Shown in pieces: positions 27,138-35,691 of a DNA stretch of 40,448 nucleotides. Numbering within the stretch: the stretch's first letter is position 1; each line of letters starts with the position of its first letter. Below the pieces are notes generated by a model. That model was not told the DNA's origin and ran no database searches. It saw only the letters and a list, made by a program, of their open reading frames with translations. Position numbers and translations under genes: made by a program. Origin of the DNA: an uncultured bacterium (GTDB lineage Bacteria > Hydrothermota > UBA3072); contig CAZVXD010000002.1 of the NCBI GenBank assembly GCA_964631335.1, positions 2,073 to 42,520 of the forward strand, given 5' to 3'.

Positions 27138-27167
27138 TGAACCACAAAGCCCGCAAAGGTCACAAGG
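27138..27167 (-). repeat. 30-nt inverted repeat, left copy (CTTTGTG..GGTTCA module)
   Basis: TGAACCACAAAGCCCGCAAAGGTCACAAGG matches the reverse complement of 27362-27391 at 28/30 positions. Confidence 0.9.
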
Positions 27168-27178
27168 TTTTATTTTTT

Positions 27179-27210
27179 AGCCAAAAGCCAAAGGCGAAAG
27201 GCTAAGAGCT
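27179..27210 (+). repeat. degenerate heptad array (AGCCAAA AGCCAAA GGCGAAA GGCTAAG AGCT)
   Basis: Read directly. The reverse-complement type is at 28446. Confidence 0.8.
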
Positions 27211-27219
27211 TAGTTAAAT

Positions 27220-27243
27220 AACAAATCACACGAATAACACGAA
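27220..27243 (-). repeat. TTCGTG..TAATTYGTTG module copy (reverse)
   Basis: The minus strand reads TTCGTGTTATTCGTGTGATTTGTT. Confidence 0.8.
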
Positions 27244-27315
27244 TAATTTTTTATTTTTCCCTTCTGACTTCCTCGTCTTTTAAACATTCTAACCGGCAAT
27301 TATCATGTAGAACTC

Positions 27316-27331
27316 AAACTCGTAATGACAA
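27316..27331 (+). repeat. 16-nt exact word AAACTCGTAATGACAA (copy 2)
   Basis: It is identical to 23563-23578. Confidence 0.8.
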
Positions 27332-27361
27332 AATAAACAAAAATAATGGGGTGAGGGGCGG

Positions 27362-27391
27362 CCTTGTGTCCTTAGCGGGCTTTGTGGTTCA
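27362..27391 (+). repeat. 30-nt inverted repeat, right copy (CTTTGTG..GGTTCA module)
   Basis: The sequence is CCTTGTGTCCTTAGCGGGCTTTGTGGTTCA. The two copies enclose 194 bp made of other mosaic modules. Confidence 0.9.
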
Positions 27392-27420
27392 TATTATGTG
27401 TTAGCGGTTTTACCGCGTTG
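27376..27420 (+). repeat. 45-nt conserved block shared with 23685-23729
   Basis: CGGGCTTTGTGgTTCATATTATGTGTTAGCGgTTTtACCGCGTTG, 35 nt downstream of the LVIVD gene stop. Confidence 0.9.
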
Positions 27421-27454
27421 GGGTTAATGTTGTTTGGCTGGATAGGCTTTACGG

Positions 27455-28399
27455 CTATTCAGAAATCTTATAAATTTTAAAACCATCGATTCCGCACGCA
27501 GCGTAAAGCAGATTACCGCTAACAAACACACCGGCTACATCGTCATTTGTGTAAAGAGTACCTGAAAAATAAGGATTAAAAGGAAACAACATATTGACAA
27601 CTCCTATTCTTCCTTTTTGAACAACATAAAGATAAAACCCTGAAAGAAACATATCCTCGATACCGGCATACTTACCGGATAATTCCTGCACTGAAGCACG
27701 GGAGATATTCGATACATCAGCAACGAACAAACCCCTTTCATTCGATGAAGCGAAAAGAAACCTTCCGTCCGAAATAATTTCGTTGACCGATCCCAAGCCA
27801 ACAATCCTTTTATATTCATTTAGTGAATCCGGATTATCGGAAATCAGCAGAGACAATATACCCCTTTCATCCCCTAAATACGCGTATTCGTCGACAACTT
27901 CGACTGTATTTACGTTTTCTGATTTATTCCAGCGTATAATTTCATAAGGAAAAGCAGGTTTTGATACATCAATTAATCTAAAGCCCCCTCTCCCTTCAGC
28001 CACAAAACAATAATCACCTCGAACCCTTACATCCAGCGCCTTTTGAGTAGTTGGTATAAAAGAAATTAGTTCGGGCTTTTTTCTGTTCCGAATATCGAAA
28101 ATCCTGACTCCCGCCATTCCATCCGCGACATATAAATTAAAACCGTCTATATCCATAGCGTAAACTTCATCCATAGACTCCACTACAGCAATCTTCCTGG
28201 GAAAAGTCAAATCAGAAACATCGAATATATGAACACCTCTGTTACCCGCAACCAAAAAAGCATAAGTTCCCAGAATTGAAATATCGGTATAGATGGCATT
28301 TTCTTCATACTCCCCTACCTGTTCAAAAGAAAAGGGAAAAGAAAATAATTCAAAGGGTAAAACAATAATTATTAAAATTAGAAAAGGCAATTTTTTCAT
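27455..28399 (-). CDS. LVIVD-repeat beta-propeller protein, secreted
   Basis: Repeated G(V/F)xIFDVSD-type blades are present (GVHIFDVSD, GVRIFDIRN, GFRLIDVSK, GLFVADVSN, GFKIYKISE). A signal peptide starts at MKKLPFLILIII (28399). The longer ORF-track start is a TTG inside the -35 hexamer. Confidence 0.7.
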   Translation of the reverse strand: MKKLPFLILIIIVLPFELFSFPFSFEQVGEYEENAIYTDISILGTYAFLVAGNRGVHIFDVSDLTFPRKIAVVESMDEVYAMDIDGFNLYVADGMAGVRIFDIRNRKKPELISFIPTTQKALDVRVRGDYCFVAEGRGGFRLIDVSKPAFPYEIIRWNKSENVNTVEVVDEYAYLGDERGILSLLISDNPDSLNEYKRIVGLGSVNEIISDGRFLFASSNERGLFVADVSNISRASVQELSGKYAGIEDMFLSGFYLYVVQKGRIGVVNMLFPFNPYFSGTLYTNDDVAGVFVSGNLLYAACGIDGFKIYKISE

Positions 28400-28407
28400 G
28401 GTTTTAA

Positions 28408-28435
28408 AAGATATAGATAATAACATAAAAGTCAA
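28408..28435 (-). promoter_or_regulatory. sigma70-type promoter, TTGACT-16-TATCTT, for the LVIVD gene (near-leaderless)
   Basis: Read on the reverse strand. The -10 ends 8 nt before the ATG at 28399. Confidence 0.4.
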
Positions 28436-28445
28436 TATTCAAGCT

Positions 28446-28475
28446 GGCTTTTAGCCTTTAGCTTTTTGCTGTTAG
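28446..28475 (+). repeat. degenerate heptad array (GGCTTTT AGCCTTT AGCTTTT TGCTGTT AG)
   Basis: Read directly. Confidence 0.8.
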
Positions 28476-28494
28476 AAAAAAACAAAAATATAAA

Positions 28495-28525
28495 ACTTTG
28501 TGCTCTTTGCGAACTCTGTCGTCCA
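28495..28525 (+). repeat. 9-nt-period module (ACTTTGTGC TCTTTGCGA ACTCTGTCG TCCA)
   Basis: Three units with a variant terminus. Confidence 0.7.
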
Positions 28526-28550
28526 ATTACCTTGTTTTTACTTTGAACAT

Positions 28551-28571
28551 TGGACACTGGACTTTGGACAG
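28551..28571 (+). repeat. degenerate heptad array (TGGACAC TGGACTT TGGACAG)
   Basis: Read directly. Confidence 0.8.
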
Positions 28572-28581
28572 TTTTCTTCTT

Positions 28582-29058
28582 TCACAAATTTTTCTTAATA
28601 AAGATATCGAACATATGTACGCCAAAAACAGAAACAATACTAACAATTATACCGGCGATAATAACCCCTAAAATTACCGCTAAAAAGGACTTTCTTTTTT
28701 TCATTTTGAAAAACCATGCCCCGAGAGTTCCCGTATAAGCTCCGGTCACCGGCAGAGGTATTGCCACAAACAGTGTCAAACCGAGATAACCGTATTTCTC
28801 AACTTTCGGTCCTACCTTTCTTCTGGTTCTTTCGAGAAAAAAATCGAAATATTTCCTGTAAAACTTCAACTTCATCAACAAATCATGAATAAAGGTAAGG
28901 AATAAATAAAAAATGGGAAAAACTAAAATATTAGATAAAACAGCCACCGGAAAAACCACGGAAAGAGGCAATCCTGAAGAAAGACCCACAGGTATACCAC
29001 CACGAAGTTCTGATATAGGAAGAAGAGAAAAAATAATTATCTTTAATATCGGATTCAT
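28582..29058 (-). CDS. small multidrug-export-like membrane protein (COG2426 / Sm_multidrug_ex type)
   Basis: 158 aa. The motifs ISELRGGIPVGL and AIPLPVTGAYTG match my memory of this family. It starts 12 nt after tRNA-Ala. Confidence 0.6.
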   Translation of the reverse strand: MNPILKIIIFSLLPISELRGGIPVGLSSGLPLSVVFPVAVLSNILVFPIFYLFLTFIHDLLMKLKFYRKYFDFFLERTRRKVGPKVEKYGYLGLTLFVAIPLPVTGAYTGTLGAWFFKMKKRKSFLAVILGVIIAGIIVSIVSVFGVHMFDIFIKKNL

Positions 29059-29070
29059 AAGATTTCTAAT

Positions 29071-29143
29071 TGGAGGCGAGCGGACTCGAACCGCTGACCT
29101 CCTGCGTGCAAGGCAGGTGCTCTACCAGATGAGCTACGCCCCC
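29071..29143 (-). tRNA. tRNA-Ala (anticodon TGC)
   Basis: The reverse complement is GGGGGCGTAGCTCATCTGGTAGAGCACCTGCCTTGCACGCAGGAGGTCAGCGGTTCGAGTCCGCTCGCCTCCA. The cloverleaf folds, the G3:U70 identity pair is present, the anticodon loop is CTTGCAC, and no CCA is encoded. Confidence 0.93.
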
Positions 29144-29153
29144 ACAAAAAAAA

Positions 29154-29227
29154 TGGGCCTAAGTGGAATCGAACCACTCACCTCTCGCTTATCAGGCGAA
29201 CGCTCTAACCGACTGAGCTATAGGCCC
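29154..29227 (-). tRNA. tRNA-Ile (anticodon GAT)
   Basis: The reverse complement is GGGCCTATAGCTCAGTCGGTTAGAGCGTTCGCCTGATAAGCGAGAGGTGAGTGGTTCGATTCCACTTAGGCCCA. It has a 7-bp acceptor stem, anticodon loop CTGATAA and T-loop TTCGATT. Confidence 0.93.
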
Positions 29228-29239
29228 ACTATGTCCGTA

Positions 29240-29267
29240 AATATACAGGAAGCACCTTAAATGTCAA
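29240..29267 (-). promoter_or_regulatory. sigma70-type promoter, ctTTGACA-16-TATATT, for tRNA-Ile/tRNA-Ala
   Basis: Read on the reverse strand. The -10 ends 12 nt before the mature 5' end of tRNA-Ile. Confidence 0.6.
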
Positions 29268-29375
29268 GAGTGAAAACTGAACATGGCAAAACGGATATTG
29301 CAAAACATTAAACACAGAGAAACGATTCTGTTTAAAAATAAAAAAAATTGGCGAGCACACAGAGAAAGAATAAAA

Positions 29376-29397
29376 ACTCTGTGATCTTTGTGCTTCA
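29376..29397 (+). repeat. 9-nt-period module (ACTCTGTGA TCTTTGTGC TTCA)
   Basis: Two units ending in GTGCTTCA, followed by a G-rich block. Confidence 0.7.
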
Positions 29398-29423
29398 ATC
29401 TTTTGGGGGGTGGTGATGTGGAA

Positions 29424-29453
29424 TTCTGGATTCCGACTTCTAACTTCTAATTC
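29424..29453 (+). repeat. degenerate heptad array (TTCTGGA TTCCGAC TTCTAAC TTCTAAT TC)
   Basis: Read directly. It ends 8 nt before the hybrid kinase -35 hexamer. Confidence 0.8.
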
Positions 29454-29461
29454 AATCATCC

Positions 29462-29490
29462 TTGACAAAAGCTTTTTGAAAACCTATAAT
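29462..29490 (+). promoter_or_regulatory. sigma70-type promoter, ccTTGACA-17-TATAAT, for the hybrid kinase gene
   Basis: Perfect consensus hexamers with a 17-nt spacer, 50 nt upstream of the TTG start. Confidence 0.65.
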
Positions 29491-29540
29491 TTACTAATAA
29501 TTTTACATTATTTTAAAAAAAGTAAATACGGGAGATTTTT

Positions 29541-32132
29541 TTGAACGAAAAAAACGAAAACGAATTACTTAATATAATTGCTGAATTAATGATTCTTCAG
29601 GACCCTGAACACAAAATACTGTGGGTTAACAAAGCCGCACAAGAATCCATAAAAGGTAATTCGAGCGAAATTGTAGGACATTATTGCTTCGAAGTCTGGG
29701 CAGGCAAGACAAAACCCTGCCGGGATTGCCCTTTAGAAAAAGCTTTAAAAACCGGTAAAAAAGAAGAACAACAAATGTCCTCTCCGGACGGCAGGAATTG
29801 GATAGTCAAAGGATACCCTATAAAAAACGAAGACGGAGAATTAATTAATTTACTCGAAGTGGTAAGAAATGTGACCGATGAAATGAAACTGGAAGAGGCA
29901 CTGAAAGATTCCGAAGCACTCTATAAAACCCTTATCGATATCTCGCCTTACGGTGTGACCGTAACCGACCTGAAAGGCGAAATTACCTTTGCCTCACAGA
30001 AAACAGCAAAATTACACGGGTATAAAAATCCTGAAGAATTACTGGGAAAAAGCGCCATAGCATTAATAATCCCATCCGAACAAAAAAGGGCGTTAGCCAG
30101 CCTTAAAAGCACATTAGAAAAGGGAAGTTTAAAAAAATCAGAATACATGTTCCTAAGAAAAGACGGTTCTACTTTTGTAGGTGAAATCAACGCTTCTTTA
30201 ATAAAAGAGAATAGCGGACAACCACAGGCTTTCGTGGCAATCACCAGAGACATAACAAAACAAAGAGAAAACGAAAAAGAACTAAAAGAAAAAGAAGCCT
30301 TTAATTTCGCTTTATTTAATTACAGTCCAGCGGAAACTATCGTGGTGGATAAAGAAGGAAAGGTTATAAAAAGCAATTTAGCAAAAAGAAAATCCGGCGA
30401 CAGAACGCCAAAAATCGGCGATATCATGTATAAGGATTACGGATCCAAACACGAAACAGACATGTTCGCGGAACTAATGAACTGCATAAAAAAAGGTAAG
30501 GGAAAAGAATTTCCAAGAATGAAATACGAAAACAAATATCTTACTATAAGTATATCGCCTTTCCCTGAAGGAGCAATAATCATTTCCCAGGACATTACCG
30601 AACGTATTAAAGCCGAAGAAGCTCTAAAACAAAGCGAACAGAGATTTCGCTTAATCGTGGAAACAATGCCGAGCCTTCTGGTAATAACAGATAAAGAAGG
30701 GAAAAATCTGTACGTAAGCCCGAATTCCGAAGAAATAACCGGATACAGCCGTAAAGAACTTGAAAATAATTTTATCTGGTGGGTGCATGAAGACGATCTC
30801 GACCGGGCAAAAAAAGTTTTTAACACATCAATTAAAGAGCATACAGACGGAAGAAACTTTGAATATAAAGCCGTCAAAAAAGACGGCAAGGTATGGTACG
30901 CTTCAGGTTCCTGGCAACCGATAATAAACGAAAACGGTGATTTTCAGGGGATGATCTTGCAAACAATCGATATCTCAGACAGAAAAATAATGGAAGAGGA
31001 AATAGCCAAAGTTCAAAAGCTGGAATCCATAGGTATTCTTGCCGGGGGTATAGCTCACGACTTCAACAACTTTCTTACGGGAATCATAGGCAACATTTCA
31101 CTGGCAAAATTAAAAACAGATCCAAAAGATGAAATCTATGAAATACTTACCGAATCGGAAAAAGCAGCCCACAGCGCAAAGAGTCTAACTCAACAGCTTT
31201 TGACTTTCTCTAAAGGCGGTGTCCCAATCAAAGAGAAAACCGACATTAAGAATCTAATTAAGGAATCGGCTAAATTCGCCATCATCGGATCCAGCATAAA
31301 TTGCGATTTCGACTTTCAGGAAAATCTATGGGAAGTTATTATCGATAAAGCTCAAATGGCTCAGGTGGTGAACAACATAATTATAAACGCCATAGAAGCA
31401 ATACCTGAAGAAGGTACAATAACTATAAAAGCGGAAAATTGCGAAGTAAAAGAAACCGCAAAAATACCACTCAATGAAGGGAAATATGTAAAAATCACTT
31501 TTGAAGACACCGGAACAGGTATATCGGCTGAAAATATACCGAAAATCTTCGATCCTTTCTTTACGACAAAAGAAAGCGGCAGCGGTCTCGGTCTGGCAAC
31601 AGTTTTTTCTATTATAAAAAAACACAAAGGCTTTGTTTATGCTAAATCCGCAATAGACAAAGGAACGTCCTTCCATATCTATATTCCCGCTTCCGCAGAC
31701 AGGAAAACAGAAAGCGAAGAAAAAGAAACAAAAGAAAAAGCTCCAAAATCAAGCGGGAGGATTCTTATAATGGATGATAAAGCGTTTATCAGAAGATCCG
31801 CCGAAAGGGCTCTTAATTTATATGGTTACAATGTCTCAGGCGCGGAAAACGGAGAAAAAGCTTTGATTTTATATAAAGAAGCAATGAATAATAAAATCTC
31901 ATACGATGTCGTAATTCTCGACCTGACGGTTCCCGGGGCTATGGGAGGACTAAAAACATTAAAAGAGCTGCAAAAGATCGACCCTGACGTGAAAGCCATA
32001 GTTTCGAGCGGTTATTCTGACGACCCGGTAATGTCCGACCACGAGAAATTCGGTTTTAAAGCCATAATTAAGAAACCCTACGAATATCACGAACTCGCCG
32101 AAGCGGTAAAAAAATTAATCGAAGGAGATTAA
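29541..32132 (+). CDS. hybrid sensor histidine kinase / response regulator with multiple PAS domains
   Basis: 863 aa with a TTG start 5 nt after GGGAGA. It has at least 4 PAS-like segments, a HisKA box (GIAHDFNNFLTGIIGN), HATPase_c (GSGLGLATVFSII) and a C-terminal REC (ILIMDD ... VILDLTVPG). Confidence 0.9.
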   Translation: MNEKNENELLNIIAELMILQDPEHKILWVNKAAQESIKGNSSEIVGHYCFEVWAGKTKPCRDCPLEKALKTGKKEEQQMSSPDGRNWIVKGYPIKNEDGELINLLEVVRNVTDEMKLEEALKDSEALYKTLIDISPYGVTVTDLKGEITFASQKTAKLHGYKNPEELLGKSAIALIIPSEQKRALASLKSTLEKGSLKKSEYMFLRKDGSTFVGEINASLIKENSGQPQAFVAITRDITKQRENEKELKEKEAFNFALFNYSPAETIVVDKEGKVIKSNLAKRKSGDRTPKIGDIMYKDYGSKHETDMFAELMNCIKKGKGKEFPRMKYENKYLTISISPFPEGAIIISQDITERIKAEEALKQSEQRFRLIVETMPSLLVITDKEGKNLYVSPNSEEITGYSRKELENNFIWWVHEDDLDRAKKVFNTSIKEHTDGRNFEYKAVKKDGKVWYASGSWQPIINENGDFQGMILQTIDISDRKIMEEEIAKVQKLESIGILAGGIAHDFNNFLTGIIGNISLAKLKTDPKDEIYEILTESEKAAHSAKSLTQQLLTFSKGGVPIKEKTDIKNLIKESAKFAIIGSSINCDFDFQENLWEVIIDKAQMAQVVNNIIINAIEAIPEEGTITIKAENCEVKETAKIPLNEGKYVKITFEDTGTGISAENIPKIFDPFFTTKESGSGLGLATVFSIIKKHKGFVYAKSAIDKGTSFHIYIPASADRKTESEEKETKEKAPKSSGRILIMDDKAFIRRSAERALNLYGYNVSGAENGEKALILYKEAMNNKISYDVVILDLTVPGAMGGLKTLKELQKIDPDVKAIVSSGYSDDPVMSDHEKFGFKAIIKKPYEYHELAEAVKKLIEGD

Positions 32133-32140
32133 AAATCAAC

Positions 32141-32165
32141 TAACCACGAAATACACAAAACACAC
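32141..32165 (-). repeat. 9-nt-period module, reverse orientation (GTGTGTTTTGTGTATTTCGTGGTTA on the minus strand)
   Basis: It begins 9 nt after the hybrid kinase stop codon. Confidence 0.65.
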
Positions 32166-32211
32166 TAAATTTTTTATTGTCTTTTTGTAAACCCAACCCA
32201 CCTCCAAATCA

Positions 32212-32242
32212 GAAACAACAAATCACACGAACAGTACAAATG
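32212..32242 (-). repeat. TTCGTG..TAATTYGTTG module copy (reverse, diverged)
   Basis: The minus strand reads CATTTGTACTGTTCGTGTGATTTGTTGTTTC. Confidence 0.65.
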
Positions 32243-32257
32243 ATCCTATTTTCTTTA

Positions 32258-32289
32258 CTCAAGACTCACGACGCCCGACTCAAGGCTCA
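32258..32289 (+). repeat. degenerate heptad array (CTCAAGA CTCACGA CGCCCGA CTCAAGG CTCA)
   Basis: Read directly. A second array follows (AACTACT CTCTACT TACTGCT AACGGCT ATCTACA) up to the mnmG -35. Confidence 0.75.
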
Positions 32290-32330
32290 TTTAACTACTC
32301 TCTACTTACTGCTAACGGCTATCTACACCA

Positions 32331-32358
32331 TTGACTATTCATATTTCTCTTCTAATAT
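32331..32358 (+). promoter_or_regulatory. sigma70-type promoter, TTGACT-16-TAATAT, for mnmG-pilD-DUF4416
   Basis: The -10 ends 15 nt before the ATG at 32374, and there is no SD. Confidence 0.5.
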
Positions 32359-32373
32359 TAAAGCAAGAAAAAA

Positions 32374-34248
32374 ATGGAAAAAGAAACAAAGAAATTCGAT
32401 GTAATAGTTGTGGGAGGAGGGCACGCGGGAATAGAAGCAGCACTTGCCTCTACCCGGAGAGGTTTTGATACTCTGCTACTTACCATAAGTCCTGAACTTA
32501 TAGGTCAGATGTCCTGCAACCCTTCCATAGGCGGCGGAGCAAAATCCCAGCTGGTTTTCGAAGTAGACGCCCTGGGGGGAGAGATGGCTTACAATACCGA
32601 TATTACCGGAATACAATTTAAAATGTTAAACTCGAAAAAAGGTCCCGCCATATGGGCTCTTCGGGCGCAATCAGACAGAAAAGATTACAGGGAAACAATA
32701 AAAAAAACACTATTGAATGAAGTACCGGCTAAAAATGAAAAAGTAACAGGAATCATTGTAGAAAGGAAAAGAATAAAAGGAGTTAAAACAGCTTCAGGGA
32801 AAGAGTTCTTCTCAGACGCTGTTGTACTTACCACAGGTACTTTTCTCTCCGGATTAATCCACATAGGACTTGAATCGTTCCCTTCCGGAAGATTGGGTGA
32901 ACCTCCTTCAATAGGCTTATCGGATTCTTTAAAGAAAAATGGCCTCAAACTCGGACGTCTCAAAACAGGCACTTCAGCCCGCGTAGATATGAGATCGATA
33001 GATCTATCAAAAACGACAATTCAACCGGGAGACGAAGACCCACTCAATTTTTCTTACAGAACCAGGGAATTCAATCCTCCCAACGTGCCATGCTTCCTGA
33101 CCTGGACGAATAAAAACACTCACGATATTATACGTAAAAACTTGAAATATTCTCCCCTGGTTCAGGGTAAAATAACCGGAGTAGAACCGAGATATTGTCC
33201 TTCTCTGGAAACAAAAATTCTGAAATTCCCGGAGAAAACTCATCACCATGTTTTTATAGAACCCGATGGATTGGATACTCACGAAGTCTATTTAAACGGA
33301 GTATCTTCTTCCCTGCCGGAAGAAATACAGGAACAATTTTTAAAAACAATACCCGGACTCGAAAACGTGAAAATTATAAAACCTGGTTACGCGGTCGAAT
33401 ATGACTTCGTACCTCCGACGCAACTTAAACACTCACTGGAAACGAAAGCAATAGAGGGTTTATTTCTGGCAGGGCAGATAAACGGAACTTCCGGATACGA
33501 AGAAGCAGCGGCTCAGGGAATAATCGCCGGTATAAACGCGACTCTAAAAATAGAAAAAAAGGGATACCTGGCTCTAAGAAGGGATGAAGCCTATATCGGA
33601 GTTCTAATAGACGATTTAGTCATAAAAGGCACGGAAGAACCCTACCGTATGTTTACTTCAAGAGCGGAACACCGTTTACTGTTAAGACAGGATAACGCCG
33701 ATCTTAGACTCGCCGGATATGGTTACAATCTGGGTCTTCTGAGCAAAGAAAGATTTGAACAGGTCGAGGAAAAAAAGGAAAAAATAAAAGAAACCGAAAC
33801 CCTCCTTAAAAAGACAATTATAACGCCTAAAGATGTTCCGGTAATAAAAAAACCGGTAAACGCGTTCAGCCTGGCTAAAAGAGCCGATTTCGAGATCGAC
33901 GATATAGAAAAGATAACAGGAATAAAAATAAACAAAAACATCAAGAATACTATCAGAATAAATATCCGTTACGACGGATATACAGAGCGGGCAACTAGAA
34001 AAATAAAAGAATTAAAGAAGATGGAAAATTTTCGTATACCTCCGGAGGTGGATTATGCCAAAATTCAGGGAATATGTACCGAAAGCATCGAAAAGCTGAA
34101 TCGCATCAAACCCGAAACTTTCGGTCAGGCGACCAGAATCTCAGGAGTTAAACCCACCGATATGCAGGCACTTATGTCTTATATATCCAGAATCAGCAAC
34201 ACTAAAAAATCCCGTAAAACGACTGAAAAACAAGGAGCAAAAAAATAA
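32374..34248 (+). CDS. mnmG: tRNA uridine 5-carboxymethylaminomethyl modification enzyme
   Basis: 624 aa, GidA/MnmG sequence throughout ([16 protein letters not shown] ... MSCNPSIGG ... RPGYAVEYD ... [16 protein letters not shown]). Confidence 0.95.
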   Translation: MEKETKKFDVIVVGGGHAGIEAALASTRRGFDTLLLTISPELIGQMSCNPSIGGGAKSQLVFEVDALGGEMAYNTDITGIQFKMLNSKKGPAIWALRAQSDRKDYRETIKKTLLNEVPAKNEKVTGIIVERKRIKGVKTASGKEFFSDAVVLTTGTFLSGLIHIGLESFPSGRLGEPPSIGLSDSLKKNGLKLGRLKTGTSARVDMRSIDLSKTTIQPGDEDPLNFSYRTREFNPPNVPCFLTWTNKNTHDIIRKNLKYSPLVQGKITGVEPRYCPSLETKILKFPEKTHHHVFIEPDGLDTHEVYLNGVSSSLPEEIQEQFLKTIPGLENVKIIKPGYAVEYDFVPPTQLKHSLETKAIEGLFLAGQINGTSGYEEAAAQGIIAGINATLKIEKKGYLALRRDEAYIGVLIDDLVIKGTEEPYRMFTSRAEHRLLLRQDNADLRLAGYGYNLGLLSKERFEQVEEKKEKIKETETLLKKTIITPKDVPVIKKPVNAFSLAKRADFEIDDIEKITGIKINKNIKNTIRINIRYDGYTERATRKIKELKKMENFRIPPEVDYAKIQGICTESIEKLNRIKPETFGQATRISGVKPTDMQALMSYISRISNTKKSRKTTEKQGAKK

Positions 34249-35007
34249 ATGATAATTGTAACCGGAATAATCTTTTTTCTTCTCGGAGCCGTGATGGGAA
34301 GTTTCTTTAACGTAATCATATATCGTTTACCTAAAAGTATCTCTATAGTAACACCTCCTTCTCACTGCCCGGGCTGCGGAGAGAAAATACAATGGAAGGA
34401 TAATATTCCGATTTTAAGCTATATTCTTCTAAACGGTAAATGCCGAAATTGCGATTTTAATATTCCCATCAAATATCTGGTAGTGGAAGCAATAAGCGCT
34501 TTCCTTTTCCTTTTCTCATATCTTCGCTTCGGCATATCTCTCGAACTCCTAACTTTTCTTGTTTTTGTGTCGCTGCTTATTCCCATATCTTTCATAGACC
34601 TTCATACAACCTTAATCCCTGATTCTATCTCTATATCGGGTATTGTATTGGGACTTGCTCTTTCAGTATTTCGAGGATTGGTTTTGATATCTCTTATCGG
34701 AGCGATAGCAGGAGCCCTCTTAATATCAATCATAATAATAGCAGGCAGAAAAGTTTATAAACAGGAAGTTATGGGATACGGCGATATTAAACTCGCCGCT
34801 ATGATCGGAGCTTTTGTAGGATGGGCGGGAGTGTTACTTACCGTAATGATAGGTTCTTTTCTCGGAGCGGTATACGGATTAATTCAAATAAAAAGAGGTA
34901 AGCTCACAATGAAATCACAAGTACCTTTCGGACCTTATCTGGCAATCGGCGGCGTTATTTCGTTTCTATACGGAAAATGGATAATACTCAATCTGTTCCT
35001 GCCTTAA
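34249..35007 (+). CDS. pilD: prepilin peptidase (A24 family, type IV leader peptidase/N-methyltransferase)
   Basis: 252 aa. It has the CPGCGEKI ... CRNCDFNI zinc motif, the GYGDIKLAAMIG catalytic Asp motif and a polytopic profile. The start abuts the mnmG stop (TAAATG). Confidence 0.85.
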   Translation: MIIVTGIIFFLLGAVMGSFFNVIIYRLPKSISIVTPPSHCPGCGEKIQWKDNIPILSYILLNGKCRNCDFNIPIKYLVVEAISAFLFLFSYLRFGISLELLTFLVFVSLLIPISFIDLHTTLIPDSISISGIVLGLALSVFRGLVLISLIGAIAGALLISIIIIAGRKVYKQEVMGYGDIKLAAMIGAFVGWAGVLLTVMIGSFLGAVYGLIQIKRGKLTMKSQVPFGPYLAIGGVISFLYGKWIILNLFLP

Positions 35008-35504
35008 CAAAAATTTTTTTCGGACTAATTTACAAAAATCAGCAGGGGCTCGCGTATCTTTTAGAAAAAATAAACCAAATAGCTGAAATCAATGTCCAAA
35101 GTAAAGAAATCCCCTTCGATTTCACCGATTACTATAAAGAAGAAATGGGGACATCTTTAAAAAGAAAATGGGTTTCGATTAAAAAAATCATACCGGAGAA
35201 CGAACTGGTAAATTTAAAACACGAAGCTATAAAATGGGAAAAAGAACTTACTTTTCATGATAAGAGAACAGTAAATTGTGATCCGGGAGGGATTTGCGAC
35301 AATAGAGTCGTTCTTGTAACCACAAAAAACTTTTCTCACAGAATTTACCTGGGAAAAGGAATATTCGGCGAGTTAACTCTAAGATATATAGGAGATAAAT
35401 TCCAACCTCTGGCATGGACTTATCCCGATTATCAAAGTGATATTTTTCAGGAATTCGCGAAAAAATGTAAGAAAAAATTTTTGGAAAACAAAATACAAGA
35501 TTAA
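34977..35504 (+). CDS. DUF4416-family protein
   Basis: 175 aa. The pattern FDFTDYYKEEMG ... NCDPGG ... VVLVTTKNFSHRIYLGKGIF.ELTL ... WTYPDY matches my memory of DUF4416. The start is uncertain (31-nt overlap with pilD). Confidence 0.6.
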   Translation: MDNTQSVPALTKIFFGLIYKNQQGLAYLLEKINQIAEINVQSKEIPFDFTDYYKEEMGTSLKRKWVSIKKIIPENELVNLKHEAIKWEKELTFHDKRTVNCDPGGICDNRVVLVTTKNFSHRIYLGKGIFGELTLRYIGDKFQPLAWTYPDYQSDIFQEFAKKCKKKFLENKIQD

Positions 35505-35537
35505 ACAGATTAACACAAGATTCTTTATTGTTTTTTT

Positions 35538-35569
35538 AACCCGAAACACGAAACCCGTAACTCGAAACT
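35538..35569 (+). repeat. degenerate heptad array (AACCCGA AACACGA AACCCGT AACTCGA AACT)
   Basis: Read directly. Confidence 0.8.
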
Positions 35570-35630
35570 TCAGCTGCAAGAAATTCTTTAACCGTTAGCC
35601 ATTTCCAGTTTTGGCTTACCACCCAAGCCC

Positions 35631-35646
35631 CATGACTCATGACTCA
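35631..35646 (+). repeat. heptad doublet (CATGACT CATGACT CA)
   Basis: Read directly, 11 nt before a -35 hexamer. Confidence 0.7.
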
Positions 35647-35657
35647 AATAATTTCCC

Positions 35658-35685
35658 TTGACAAATTTTGTCAAAAAAGTAAATT
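35658..35685 (+). promoter_or_regulatory. sigma70-type promoter, ccTTGACA-16-TAAATT, for the TPR/PBP lipoprotein gene (leaderless)
   Basis: The -10 ends 6 nt before the ATG at 35692. Confidence 0.55.
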
Positions 35686-35691
35686 CAACCC

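Noticed and set aside
28913-29260. 115-aa plus-strand ORF covering 28913..29260.
   Set aside because: It lies antisense to the small export gene and to both tRNA genes. The tRNA cloverleaves explain the sequence.
29358-29383. Hairpin CACAGAG-N12-CTCTGTG, and a neighbouring AAACA/TGTTT stem, as terminators in the tRNA / kinase divergent spacer.
   Set aside because: They lie between divergent promoters where nothing needs terminating, and no U-tract follows on either strand. The stem is formed by an inverted partial copy of the CTCTGTG module.
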